From Calditrichia bacterium (GTDB lineage: Bacteria; Calditrichota; Calditrichia; RBG-13-44-9; J075), in the NCBI GenBank assembly GCA_050633245.1, contig JBOEGD010000024.1, forward strand, positions 331,799 to 395,798: DNA of 64,000 nt, given 5' to 3'. This document shows positions 9,881-18,532 of this stretch, piece by piece (the first letter of the stretch is position 1; each line of letters starts with the position of its first letter). The notes below the pieces were generated by a model, which worked only from the letters and a program-made list of their open reading frames with translations, ran no database searches and was not told the DNA's origin. The translations under genes were made by a program, and so were the position numbers.

Positions 9881-10297
9881 ATGATTTATAAGAAGCTATT
9901 GGTTGCCATTTCGTGTAGTGATACGGACGAAAAGGTTTTGCAGCATGCTGCTGCTCTTGCCAATTCACTCGATGCGAGTCTTACTGCCATTCACGTGAAT
10001 GACCCGGCCGCCGGGAAAACGCACTCGATGATGGATTCACTGCCCAAATTTGATGATGCAAAAATTCGTGAGCATTTTGATCAGCTTGGCTTTGACACCT
10101 ATGCCAAGTCTATGCAAATAATTTCTGCCGAAGGAGAGCATTATCCGTCGGTTATTGCTGCTGCTGCTGCCGATTACGATTTGCTGATTATCGGCCATCG
10201 CCGCAAAGGCAGGATGCTGGCTTTTATGACCGACTCAACCGATGAGAAAGTCGCTGATCTGGCACAAAATTGCATAATGCTGGTCCCGCTGGATTAA
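9881..10297 (+). CDS. universal stress protein
   Basis: YKKLLVAI, LTAIHV, DLLIIG, STDEKV...IMLVP pattern typical of USP. Confidence 0.85.
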   Translation: MIYKKLLVAISCSDTDEKVLQHAAALANSLDASLTAIHVNDPAAGKTHSMMDSLPKFDDAKIREHFDQLGFDTYAKSMQIISAEGEHYPSVIAAAAADYDLLIIGHRRKGRMLAFMTDSTDEKVADLAQNCIMLVPLD

Positions 10298-10343
10298 GAG
10301 AAAGTGTTTTATCCTTTGGCTATTTTAAGATGAGAAATCGTGT

Positions 10344-10886
10344 ATGACAATGCGAAATTGGGTCCTGTTTTTTTCGCTGGCTATACCTGCCTTACATTCT
10401 TGCAAACCAGCTGGCGTTGTGCCTCCTGCCATTCGCGTTAGTGTAGAAAACCGGGATGATATGCTTACGATAACCTATGTAGACAAAGAGTGTATTGTCG
10501 ATGTGTATAGCAGCAAGGGAATAGGGGATGCCGATGTGGATTTGGAAGCGACAGCTTTCCTTAAAAGCCTAATTCTACGCATGCACCTGCAGGGCCTTGA
10601 AGAGCTAGTTGTAAGTAGGGGAGATCAGTCCTATCGGATCGAGGTGCAAAGCCACGGCGACAGACAGATAATGCAGTCTTATCGCGCTCAAGCATCTGAA
10701 GAGTGGGAAAGTCTTTCAGCAGCCGATGAACGAAACATGGTGGTGCGGAGAATTGGGAGTGATGGCAAAACCTCAACGGATGTGCCGCTTCGCAATGGAT
10801 ACTTTGAAATTTCCCTTCCTTCCAACCTCTGGAAGGGAAAAAGCCGGCAGAAATTATCTGTCAGCTGGATTGATTTTTACCGCTAG
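10344..10886 (+). CDS. hypothetical lipoprotein
   Basis: Lipobox LHSC; beta-rich; ends SWIDFYR. Confidence 0.65.
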   Translation: MTMRNWVLFFSLAIPALHSCKPAGVVPPAIRVSVENRDDMLTITYVDKECIVDVYSSKGIGDADVDLEATAFLKSLILRMHLQGLEELVVSRGDQSYRIEVQSHGDRQIMQSYRAQASEEWESLSAADERNMVVRRIGSDGKTSTDVPLRNGYFEISLPSNLWKGKSRQKLSVSWIDFYR

Positions 10887-10887
10887 A

Positions 10888-12126
10888 CTATTTGCGCTGT
10901 AGCGTCTGAGCAATATCTGTGCGGTAGGCCTGTAGTGCCGGAATAATTGCTGCGAATACACCAATCCCCAGAGCGACAACAATAACCAGCCATTCTTCTG
11001 AAAGCCATCGCCATCCGGTTAAATCCATCTGCCTTGCTTCTGCAAATGAGTTGCCCAGAAACTCTGCTGCGAGGTGACCAATTCCCAATCCAACGATAAT
11101 ACCCATTCCTGTTAGCAAAAGTCCTTCAAGTAATACGTGCGTTAATAGTTTGCCGGAGGAGGCACCTAAGGTACGCATCATTGCCAGATCGTAACGACGT
11201 TCTTTTAAGGCATTATACAGCGCAATAAATATTCCCAATGCTGCAACAAGCATTAGTATTGCGCCAAAAGCACGTAGTGCATTCACACCAACGCCAAGAA
11301 GAGAAAAGAGACGAGCTGTTTCAATGGCTGGAGCTGCGGCCTGGAGAGTCGTGGTACCATTTACAAAACGTGGAAACATGACGGCTGCCATTGGCGAACT
11401 GTACTGAATTAAAAGCGACGTGACCTGCTGAGCGCTGTCTTCAGGTGAAAAACGAAATGGCCCCCTGACTGGTGCTGCGGACTCGTGTTCATGGGATTCT
11501 TCATGACCACCCTTGGCGTGCATATCCCAGATGGTATGCAGATCGCTGATAACCAATCTGTCCAAGACCGTGCCGGTTGGTTTGAGAATACCGACAACCG
11601 CCATACCATGATCTCCATGAGCATCGCCGGCTTCGTCAAATCCATGAGTGCTTATTAGATTGTCGCCTATTTTAATGTTCTGCACAGCTGCAGCTTCTGA
11701 ACCAACAACGACTTCAAGCGAGTGGTCCCAAATTTTCCCCTCTTGAAACTCCGCTTCGTATAAATCAAGATACGCAGGGACGGTACCAACAATGCGGAAA
11801 CCACGGTAGCTATCGCCGAGCGATAGTGGAATAGCATTTTTTACGGCTCTGCTCTTGATGAGTTTGGATGCCTCTTTTACCGGAATATTCCCTGTTGGTA
11901 CATCAAGATGATAGATGCTGGAAAGGATGAGCTGTAGTGGGCTCCCCTTGGCTCCGACGACCGCATCGATCCCCTCTGCATTACGGGTAAGATTCTCCTC
12001 AAACTGCTGCTTGAAAAGAAGTAAAACTACAATTGTGGCGATGCCAAGTGCCAGAATCAGGACATTCAGAAAGGTATTTAGCTTACGCCTGCGAATATAG
12101 GAAAAACTGAGTCTTAGAAGGTTCAT
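10888..12126 (-). CDS. ABC transporter permease, MacB/FtsX family, with His-rich loops
   Basis: VVGAKGSPLQLIL, PLSLGDSYRGFRIVGT, ERRYDLAMMRTLGA, IPALQAYR. Confidence 0.9.
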   Translation of the reverse strand: MNLLRLSFSYIRRRKLNTFLNVLILALGIATIVVLLLFKQQFEENLTRNAEGIDAVVGAKGSPLQLILSSIYHLDVPTGNIPVKEASKLIKSRAVKNAIPLSLGDSYRGFRIVGTVPAYLDLYEAEFQEGKIWDHSLEVVVGSEAAAVQNIKIGDNLISTHGFDEAGDAHGDHGMAVVGILKPTGTVLDRLVISDLHTIWDMHAKGGHEESHEHESAAPVRGPFRFSPEDSAQQVTSLLIQYSSPMAAVMFPRFVNGTTTLQAAAPAIETARLFSLLGVGVNALRAFGAILMLVAALGIFIALYNALKERRYDLAMMRTLGASSGKLLTHVLLEGLLLTGMGIIVGLGIGHLAAEFLGNSFAEARQMDLTGWRWLSEEWLVIVVALGIGVFAAIIPALQAYRTDIAQTLQRK

Positions 12127-12779
12127 GCTGCTTCCTCCGCAGTTTTACCGTCGGAAAGCTGTAGCACGTTACTTATTCCAGACTTGATGCGTTGATCGTG
12201 AGTAGCAATAACCAATGTAGCGTTATGGCGTTCAGCCTGCGTTTTTAGCAAATTAAGAACCCGATTTGCATTGCTATTATCCAAAGCGGAAGTAGGTTCG
12301 TCAGCCAATATAATAGCTGGTTTATTTACCAAGGCCCGGGCAATTGCCGCCCGTTGTTGTTGCCCATAGCTTAGCTGATGCGGCAAAGAATTGCGTTTCT
12401 CCAAAATATTTAGTGCCGTTAACTCAGCAGCAATTTCGTCGCGATCTTGCTTTGCCCCGGCCAGGTATTGGGCCAGCAGCAAATTCTCTTCGATGGTGAG
12501 GGCGGGTAGTAAATGCAGCTGCTGGAAGATAATACCAATCTTTTGTCCGCGAAAACGATCCAGCGCGCTGCCTGTAAGGGCGAGTAAGTCCTGCTCACCA
12601 ACGCGTACTTCTCCTGAACCAGGGCGGAGAATTCCAGACATAATATTAAGCAGCGTGGTTTTACCAGAACCTGAATTTCCAAGTATGAGCCAGTGAGAAC
12701 CCTGTTCTCCGGCAAAATCTGCCAGTTCCAGGACCACCTGCCCGTCGTATTGTTGTGAAATATGTTTAAGCGAAAACAT
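12123..12779 (-). CDS. ABC transporter ATP-binding protein (LolD-like)
   Basis: GNSGSGKT, LSYGQQQR, ILADEPT, ATHD. Confidence 0.92.
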   Translation of the reverse strand: MFSLKHISQQYDGQVVLELADFAGEQGSHWLILGNSGSGKTTLLNIMSGILRPGSGEVRVGEQDLLALTGSALDRFRGQKIGIIFQQLHLLPALTIEENLLLAQYLAGAKQDRDEIAAELTALNILEKRNSLPHQLSYGQQQRAAIARALVNKPAIILADEPTSALDNSNANRVLNLLKTQAERHNATLVIATHDQRIKSGISNVLQLSDGKTAEEAA

Positions 12780-12848
12780 GAATACCTATAAGTTAAATGG
12801 ATTTTCAAATATACGGTTCGTGAGGGAAAAAGAAAAGACGCAAGACGG

Positions 12849-12871
12849 GTAGCGCGGGTCTTGAGCCGCGT
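12849..12871 (+). repeat. REP-like palindrome, family A variant
   Basis: GTAG-CGCGGGTC-TT-GAGCCGCG-T. Confidence 0.6.
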
Positions 12872-12913
12872 TGAATTTGTCAGCCACGATTTATTACCGG
12901 GAAAATTTCACCA

Positions 12914-13381
12914 TCATATCTTTAACGTCATAATTGGCAGAGTGCGGACAGTGCCTTCAAGCAGCGAGATTGCAAGTCCGGTGGGCGTAGCGCCACAATG
13001 AAGATAGAATGGCTCTGCCTGCGGATCGGAATCGATAACGAGCTGCTCAATTTGCATGGTATGTGCTGTTGCCTTCAATTGATTCAGCATCTGGCGTCCA
13101 TAGCCTTTGCCGATATGCTCGGGGAGAAGCCAGAAGTGTTCCAATATGGATGTTTTGCCTAGATCAATGATTGCAAAGAAGCCGATTGGTTGGCCATCAT
13201 CCTCTGCCACGATAATCGCCCACTTATCGATCAGCTGTGGTGTAATGGTTAACCCATCGCGCCAGATTTCGAGCCAGCATGCGGGATAATCCCAATGGCT
13301 TTTGGAAGCTTGGGCAATGTCTGTCAGCATCAGATGATCGTCTTTTATTGCGGTGCGGAATGTTAAGGACATAGTTTCCAA
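12914..13381 (-). CDS. GNAT family N-acetyltransferase
   Basis: SKSHWDYP, LEHFWLLPEHIGKGYGR, SDPQAEPFY. Confidence 0.88.
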   Translation of the reverse strand: METMSLTFRTAIKDDHLMLTDIAQASKSHWDYPACWLEIWRDGLTITPQLIDKWAIIVAEDDGQPIGFFAIIDLGKTSILEHFWLLPEHIGKGYGRQMLNQLKATAHTMQIEQLVIDSDPQAEPFYLHCGATPTGLAISLLEGTVRTLPIMTLKI

Positions 13382-13382
13382 A

Positions 13383-13431
13383 TCAGGTGTCAGGTGTCAA
13401 ATGCAAATTTCGACTCAGGACTCACGACTCA
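13383..13431. repeat. 7-nt-phased array (TCAGGTG x2 ... NGACTCA x3)
   Basis: Seven in-register heptamers between cysS and the GNAT gene. Confidence 0.7.
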
Positions 13432-13438
13432 CGCAGGG

Positions 13439-14998
13439 TTAGTCTATCGAATATGTTGTTGTTCCATCACGGCCATCCTTAAGATGAATGCCAGCGCTCT
13501 GAAGCTCATTGCGGATTTGATCGGCAAGAGCGAAGTTCTTATCTGCGCGAGCTTGTTGGCGAAGACCAATCAATACATCCATTGCTGCGTCCAGCCTTGA
13601 ACTGCTGTTTTCTGCTTCTTCTTCCAGGCCAAGAACATCGACAGTGAAGTCCGCAAAAACTTTCCTCATTCTTGCAAAGGTAGCTTCGCTAAGCGTATTT
13701 ACTTTTTTCTCACCCTGACTGTAGCTATTGATCCGCGTTGCGATGTCGAATAGCGTGGCGATTGTACGCGCATGATTAAAGTCATCACTCAGCGTCTCAA
13801 AGCAGTTATCGCAAAGTGCCTGCACCTCTTTATCTTCATCCTCATCGATTTTCGGTTTGCCGATATATTCCAGCGTTCTGGATACCTTCAAGGCGTTCAT
13901 AAGACGTTTATAGCCTTTTTCTGCCGCCTGAAGCGCCTCATTCGAGAAGTCCACCGTGCTGCGATAATGTGACTGTAGCGTGAAAAAACGGACAGTCATC
14001 GGACTGTATGCTTTTTCGAGAGCAGCATGATCGCCATTAAATAGCTGTTCAAGGGTAATGAAGTTACCGATCGATTTACTCATCTTCTGACCATTCATGG
14101 TCAGCATATTATTGTGTATCCAATAGCGCACGGCTGGTTTACCATAACCTGCGGTATTCTGGGCAATCTCGCATTCGTGATGTGGAAATAATAGATCCAT
14201 GCCACCACCGTGAATGTCAAATTCCTCGCCGAGATATTTGGTGCTCATAACGCTACATTCAAGATGCCATCCGGGAAAACCATCGCTCCAGGGAGAGGGC
14301 CAGCGCATAATGTGCTCTGGTGAGGCTTTTTTCCAGAGGGCAAAATCTTGTGGACTATGCTTCTCACTAGTCCCCGCCAGGTCGTCACGGGTTGCGGACA
14401 TCAGATCTTCGATGTTCCGCCCGGATAGAATGCCATAGTTGTGCGAGGCATTGTATTTGGGCACGTCGAAGTAAACAGACCCATTTACTTCGTAGGCGAA
14501 CCCAGCTTCAAGAATGCTTTCAATAAGTTCTATTTGTTCTATGATATGCCCGGAGGCCGTGGGCTCGATACTGGGACGCAGAATGTTTAACATATCGTAG
14601 AATCTGTGGAATCTTCGTACATAATGATGTACAACTTCCATTGGTTCCAGCTGTTCGAGCCGCGCTTTTTTTGCGATGCGATCTTCTCCGGAACCGGCAA
14701 CCTCATCTTCCAGATGCCCAACATCCGTTATATTGCGAACATATCGAACCTTATATCCCAGATACGTCATATAGCGAAAGATAACGTCGAAGGCCAGATT
14801 TTTACGCGCGTGTCCCAAGTGTGGATCACCATAAACAGTTGGCCCACAGACATACATGCCAATGAAAGGCGCATTCAGCGGAATAAATTTTTCTTTTTCA
14901 CGCTTGATACTATTGTAAACGGTGATTGGGAAACGCCGGGCAAGTTCCGGATTCTGATTCATCTTTGCACTGTTGCTGCTCATTGAGGTCGCCTTCAA
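13439..14998 (-). CDS. cysS: cysteine--tRNA ligase
   Basis: [43 protein letters not shown]; true start may be 14983 or 14962. Confidence 0.97.
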   Translation of the reverse strand: MKATSMSSNSAKMNQNPELARRFPITVYNSIKREKEKFIPLNAPFIGMYVCGPTVYGDPHLGHARKNLAFDVIFRYMTYLGYKVRYVRNITDVGHLEDEVAGSGEDRIAKKARLEQLEPMEVVHHYVRRFHRFYDMLNILRPSIEPTASGHIIEQIELIESILEAGFAYEVNGSVYFDVPKYNASHNYGILSGRNIEDLMSATRDDLAGTSEKHSPQDFALWKKASPEHIMRWPSPWSDGFPGWHLECSVMSTKYLGEEFDIHGGGMDLLFPHHECEIAQNTAGYGKPAVRYWIHNNMLTMNGQKMSKSIGNFITLEQLFNGDHAALEKAYSPMTVRFFTLQSHYRSTVDFSNEALQAAEKGYKRLMNALKVSRTLEYIGKPKIDEDEDKEVQALCDNCFETLSDDFNHARTIATLFDIATRINSYSQGEKKVNTLSEATFARMRKVFADFTVDVLGLEEEAENSSSRLDAAMDVLIGLRQQARADKNFALADQIRNELQSAGIHLKDGRDGTTTYSID

Positions 14999-15141
14999 AG
15001 TGGGATTCTCGAGAATATTAGATTACAAAATTAGTTAACGGTATGGGGGAATGCTACTGAAAAAAATCGGGAGTTGGGAATCGGCAATGGATAGGTGTGA
15101 TTGCTACATTATTCATGGCCGTGCCCCAACAGGTGGTGGCC

Positions 15142-15594
15142 TCAACTTAGAAACATCGTATAGACAAGCCCGATGGCAAGCACTGCTCCGGCAATTACAT
15201 CCCGCCACCAATGCTTGCCAGACTGAATGCGACTGTATCCGGTAAGTGCAGCGAGAAGATACGGAAGTATTGCCCAGCCAAAAGTAAACTGAAAATGAAT
15301 AAACGCTGCACCCATAAATGCGCTGGAGGTATGTCCACTGGGAAATGCCATTCCATCTCCATTCGGGCGTCGGCCAAGCGGCGTGAAGTTAAAGAGGAGC
15401 TTCAATACAAAAGTCGACCCGGTAACGGCTAGGCCAGACCATAACCAACGCCAGGCTCCCGTTTGATTCCCAAGCAACGCAACTGTCAATAGCCCGGCCC
15501 AGGGTAGCAAATACTGTAATATATCGCCGATATCCTGAAGAGAACTTATTTTTAAGGGCCGGACCTTCTGAGATAGCTCGAAAATATTAAACAT
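15142..15594 (-). CDS. PAP2 family membrane phosphatase
   Basis: K...RPNG, FPSGHT, SRIQSGKHWWRDV; start moved to ATG 15594 after GGAG. Confidence 0.85.
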   Translation of the reverse strand: MFNIFELSQKVRPLKISSLQDIGDILQYLLPWAGLLTVALLGNQTGAWRWLWSGLAVTGSTFVLKLLFNFTPLGRRPNGDGMAFPSGHTSSAFMGAAFIHFQFTFGWAILPYLLAALTGYSRIQSGKHWWRDVIAGAVLAIGLVYTMFLS

Positions 15595-15843
15595 AGTGAC
15601 TCCATTAGATGTTGGATGATCCGATATGTTATGGAAATGAACGCGAAGAGGCAAGAGAAGCCAGAAGCCAAAAGTGAATTGGGTTAGTCGGTAGTGAAAA
15701 AGGCGAAAAATTCGGTTTATTTCAGAATATTAACAAAAAACGCGTATAGTGTGTTAGAGGTTTCAAAACGTTTCCTATGTTCCCTCCACCTGACCAATGG
15801 AAAATTAACGGTTATTCACGTTCATTTCTCAGGAGGGAATGCT

Positions 15844-16572
15844 ATGCATTCTAAACTAGCAGTATCGATTTTTTATCTTTCAATTGTATTGAGTTCAGCT
15901 TTGATAGCTCAGAGTGATTCAACAAAAGTTGCAAAAAATTCATTGGAGAAGGGGGCACGATCATTACAGTTTAGAGTAACAGAGAACTTTACTTTGTCCA
16001 GTTTTGATGGATCGGACATTTCCTATAAGCGCCATACGAGTGCTAAAACGGCTCAACGACTTGGTGTTTCTATTCTGATAGATTTGGATTCAGATAACGG
16101 AAGTTCGAATAGCAGCAATGTATCCGGAGGCAGGCAAGACAATGAAGTGTCAGAAAACCAATATGGGCTGACCTTAAATGCGCTGTGGATGAAGTATCTT
16201 ACTCCGGAAAATCGTATGAGTTTCTATTGGGGGATTGGGCCAATTGGCGGGGTTACATTCTGGGATAGAAATTCTAAAGCTACAACGATATTCTCTGATA
16301 CAACAATGCGGACATCTGAAAGCGAGCAGGATCAATTGTCTTTGCAATTAGGCGGAATACTCGTTTTTGGTACCGAATTTTTTGTCCACAAACAGATTAG
16401 TTTAACGGCGGAATATCGTTCTACAAGTGCCTTTTATCGAAGCTCATCAGATCGTACTCAAAAAGAAACAGATGTAAATGGTGAACTTTCGACTCAGAAC
16501 AGTGAAACATCCTCCAACCGTTTTCAAATAGGCGGTAGCGCTGTCTATCTGGGACTGTCGGCTTATTTTTAG
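15844..16572 (+). CDS. outer-membrane beta-barrel protein (paralogue 1)
   Basis: GGAGGG RBS before ATG 15844; signal peptide; alternating beta strands; C-terminal beta-signal LGLSAYF. Confidence 0.8.
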   Translation: MHSKLAVSIFYLSIVLSSALIAQSDSTKVAKNSLEKGARSLQFRVTENFTLSSFDGSDISYKRHTSAKTAQRLGVSILIDLDSDNGSSNSSNVSGGRQDNEVSENQYGLTLNALWMKYLTPENRMSFYWGIGPIGGVTFWDRNSKATTIFSDTTMRTSESEQDQLSLQLGGILVFGTEFFVHKQISLTAEYRSTSAFYRSSSDRTQKETDVNGELSTQNSETSSNRFQIGGSAVYLGLSAYF

Positions 16573-16633
16573 ATAACTTGGGTACTGTCTTTTCCGACCT
16601 GTTATTCCATGTTGAATTTCTACAGATTAGTAT

Positions 16634-16693
16634 TTGATACTCTCACAAAAAAATATTAGCATGGCAGCAATAACCGGAGGCTGCCATGCTAAT
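16634..16693 (+). promoter_or_regulatory. sigma70-like promoter plus 14-bp inverted repeat (copy 1)
   Basis: TTGATA-N17-TAGCAT; ATTAGCATGGCAGC-N11-GCTGCCATGCTAAT. Confidence 0.6.
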
Positions 16694-16749
16694 GTCTCGT
16701 ACTTTCGAATACGCAAAGTCTTACCGGCATCGAGAATGGAGGAGGTCTT

Positions 16750-17481
16750 ATGAAGAAAATTTATGTTTGGCTGCTGTTAGGGGCACTTTTGATTCTAAAT
16801 AGTAGTCTGGCAGCACAAGATTCAACGAAGGTTAAAGAGGAGCATTCACTTAAACCCGGCAGGTGGTCTCTACAGTTCGCAATCAACGATAGCCTTGACC
16901 TCAGATCTTTTCAGGGCAAAAATCTTTCCGTCAAAAGGCAAGTAACTCAAAAATGGGCACTCCGTTTTGGATTAGACTTGTCTGCACAACTTCGAAAAAG
17001 TGAAATAGAGTCAATTCTTGATGATAATATTCCTCAGGACTTTTTGAGAGAGAATACGGATAATAGTTACTCGCTGTTACTTTCCAGCGTATTTATACGC
17101 TACCTAAAGCCTGAAAGCAGAACGACGTTTTATTGGGGCGCAGGTCCGGCCTTCGGAGTTGCATTCATTGACGATATTCGTAAGGATGGAACGAGAGATG
17201 GCAATCGCTTCGTTGTTAGCCTGACCAATGAAGAAAAAATTGCGAATCAACAATTAGGGTTGTTGGGTGTTATTGGTGGCGAATACTTTTTTAAAAGACG
17301 GTTTAGCTTGTTCGCAGAATATCAATCAGGTTTTTTTTACACCTGGAGCACGACGACGTTTTCATTTGAATTCTTTAATGATTATACTCAGCAAAATCAA
17401 AGGGATGAAAGTGAACTTAGAGATAGAGAATTCTCTATAGATGCAAAATCTATTACGCTTGGTTTGTCACTGTATTTTTAG
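16750..17481 (+). CDS. outer-membrane beta-barrel protein (paralogue 2)
   Basis: Shares SLQF, FYWG.GP and SL.AEY with paralogue 1; ends LGLSLYF. Confidence 0.8.
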   Translation: MKKIYVWLLLGALLILNSSLAAQDSTKVKEEHSLKPGRWSLQFAINDSLDLRSFQGKNLSVKRQVTQKWALRFGLDLSAQLRKSEIESILDDNIPQDFLRENTDNSYSLLLSSVFIRYLKPESRTTFYWGAGPAFGVAFIDDIRKDGTRDGNRFVVSLTNEEKIANQQLGLLGVIGGEYFFKRRFSLFAEYQSGFFYTWSTTTFSFEFFNDYTQQNQRDESELRDREFSIDAKSITLGLSLYF

Positions 17482-17498
17482 TCCTCCTCGCTTATCTG

Positions 17499-17558
17499 TT
17501 GACTCTTATAAAAAAAAGTATTAGCATGGCAGCAACAACTATCAGAAGGCTGCCATGC
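17499..17558 (+). promoter_or_regulatory. sigma70-like promoter plus inverted repeat (copy 2) overlapping the AKR start codon
   Basis: TTGACT-N17-TAGCAT; GCATGGCAGC-N15-GCTGCCATGC, whose right arm contains ATG 17555. Confidence 0.6.
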
Positions 17559-18529
17559 GATCCTATACAATACCACACACCGACTTTTCTGTTTCACAAA
17601 TAGCTTATGGCTGTATGGGAATTGGTGGAGATTGGAGTAAGAATCCGCCCGATGAGGCGACGCAACAGCACGCCGCTCGGCTTATAGAAAAGGCTATGGC
17701 AGCTGGTATAAATCTATTTGATCACGCCGATATCTATTGCCGTGGAAAATCGGAAATTGTTTTCGGTCAGATCTTAAAGCAGAAACCACATTTGCGTGAT
17801 AAAATAATACTTCAATCCAAGTGTGGGATTCGTTTTGCTGATGACCCGGAATCCGGTTTGCCCGGGCGCTATGATTTTAGCTATGAACATATTGTGCAAT
17901 CTGTTGAAGCTATTTTGAAAAGACTGCAAACAGATTATCTGGATTTACTGCTGCTCCACCGTCCTGACCCATTGATGCAACCGGATGAAGTAGCGAAAGC
18001 GTTCGATGCGCTGAAGCAGGCCGGCAAGGTTCGCCACTTTGGCGTTAGCAATTTTAATTCACTTCAAATTGCTCTGCTACAAAAATCGTTGGATATGCCC
18101 ATTGTTGTAAATCAGCTGGAAATAAGTTTGTTGCATTATCATCTTATTGAAGAGGGAATCAGCGTCAATCAAAATGTTGCCGGCTATGCGAATACTGGCG
18201 CAACGCTTGATTACTGTCGGATGAATGATATTCTTGTGCAGGCTTGGGGGCCTCTGGCAAGTGGGCAACTTTTTCGCCTGGATGATCAGTCCCCGAAAAA
18301 TCTTCATGAGACAGCATCTTTAGTTAGTAAATTGGCGACTAAGAAGAACTGCGGTGCAGATGCGATCTTATTAAGCTGGCTATTGCGGCACCCGGCAGGA
18401 ATTCAACCGATTATTGGAACGACCAAGACGGAGAGAATTGTCAGCAGCAGTTCTGCCAATACTATTGAATTGAGTAGAGAAGAGTGGTATTCGCTATATG
18501 TTTCAGCACGTGGTCAGCCCATGCCGTAA
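17555..18529 (+). CDS. aldo/keto reductase (YdhF-like)
   Basis: FDHADIY, LQSKCGI, LLLHRPDPL, GVSNF, WLLRHPAGIQPIIGT. Confidence 0.92.
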   Translation: MRSYTIPHTDFSVSQIAYGCMGIGGDWSKNPPDEATQQHAARLIEKAMAAGINLFDHADIYCRGKSEIVFGQILKQKPHLRDKIILQSKCGIRFADDPESGLPGRYDFSYEHIVQSVEAILKRLQTDYLDLLLLHRPDPLMQPDEVAKAFDALKQAGKVRHFGVSNFNSLQIALLQKSLDMPIVVNQLEISLLHYHLIEEGISVNQNVAGYANTGATLDYCRMNDILVQAWGPLASGQLFRLDDQSPKNLHETASLVSKLATKKNCGADAILLSWLLRHPAGIQPIIGTTKTERIVSSSSANTIELSREEWYSLYVSARGQPMP

Positions 18530-18532
18530 ACG

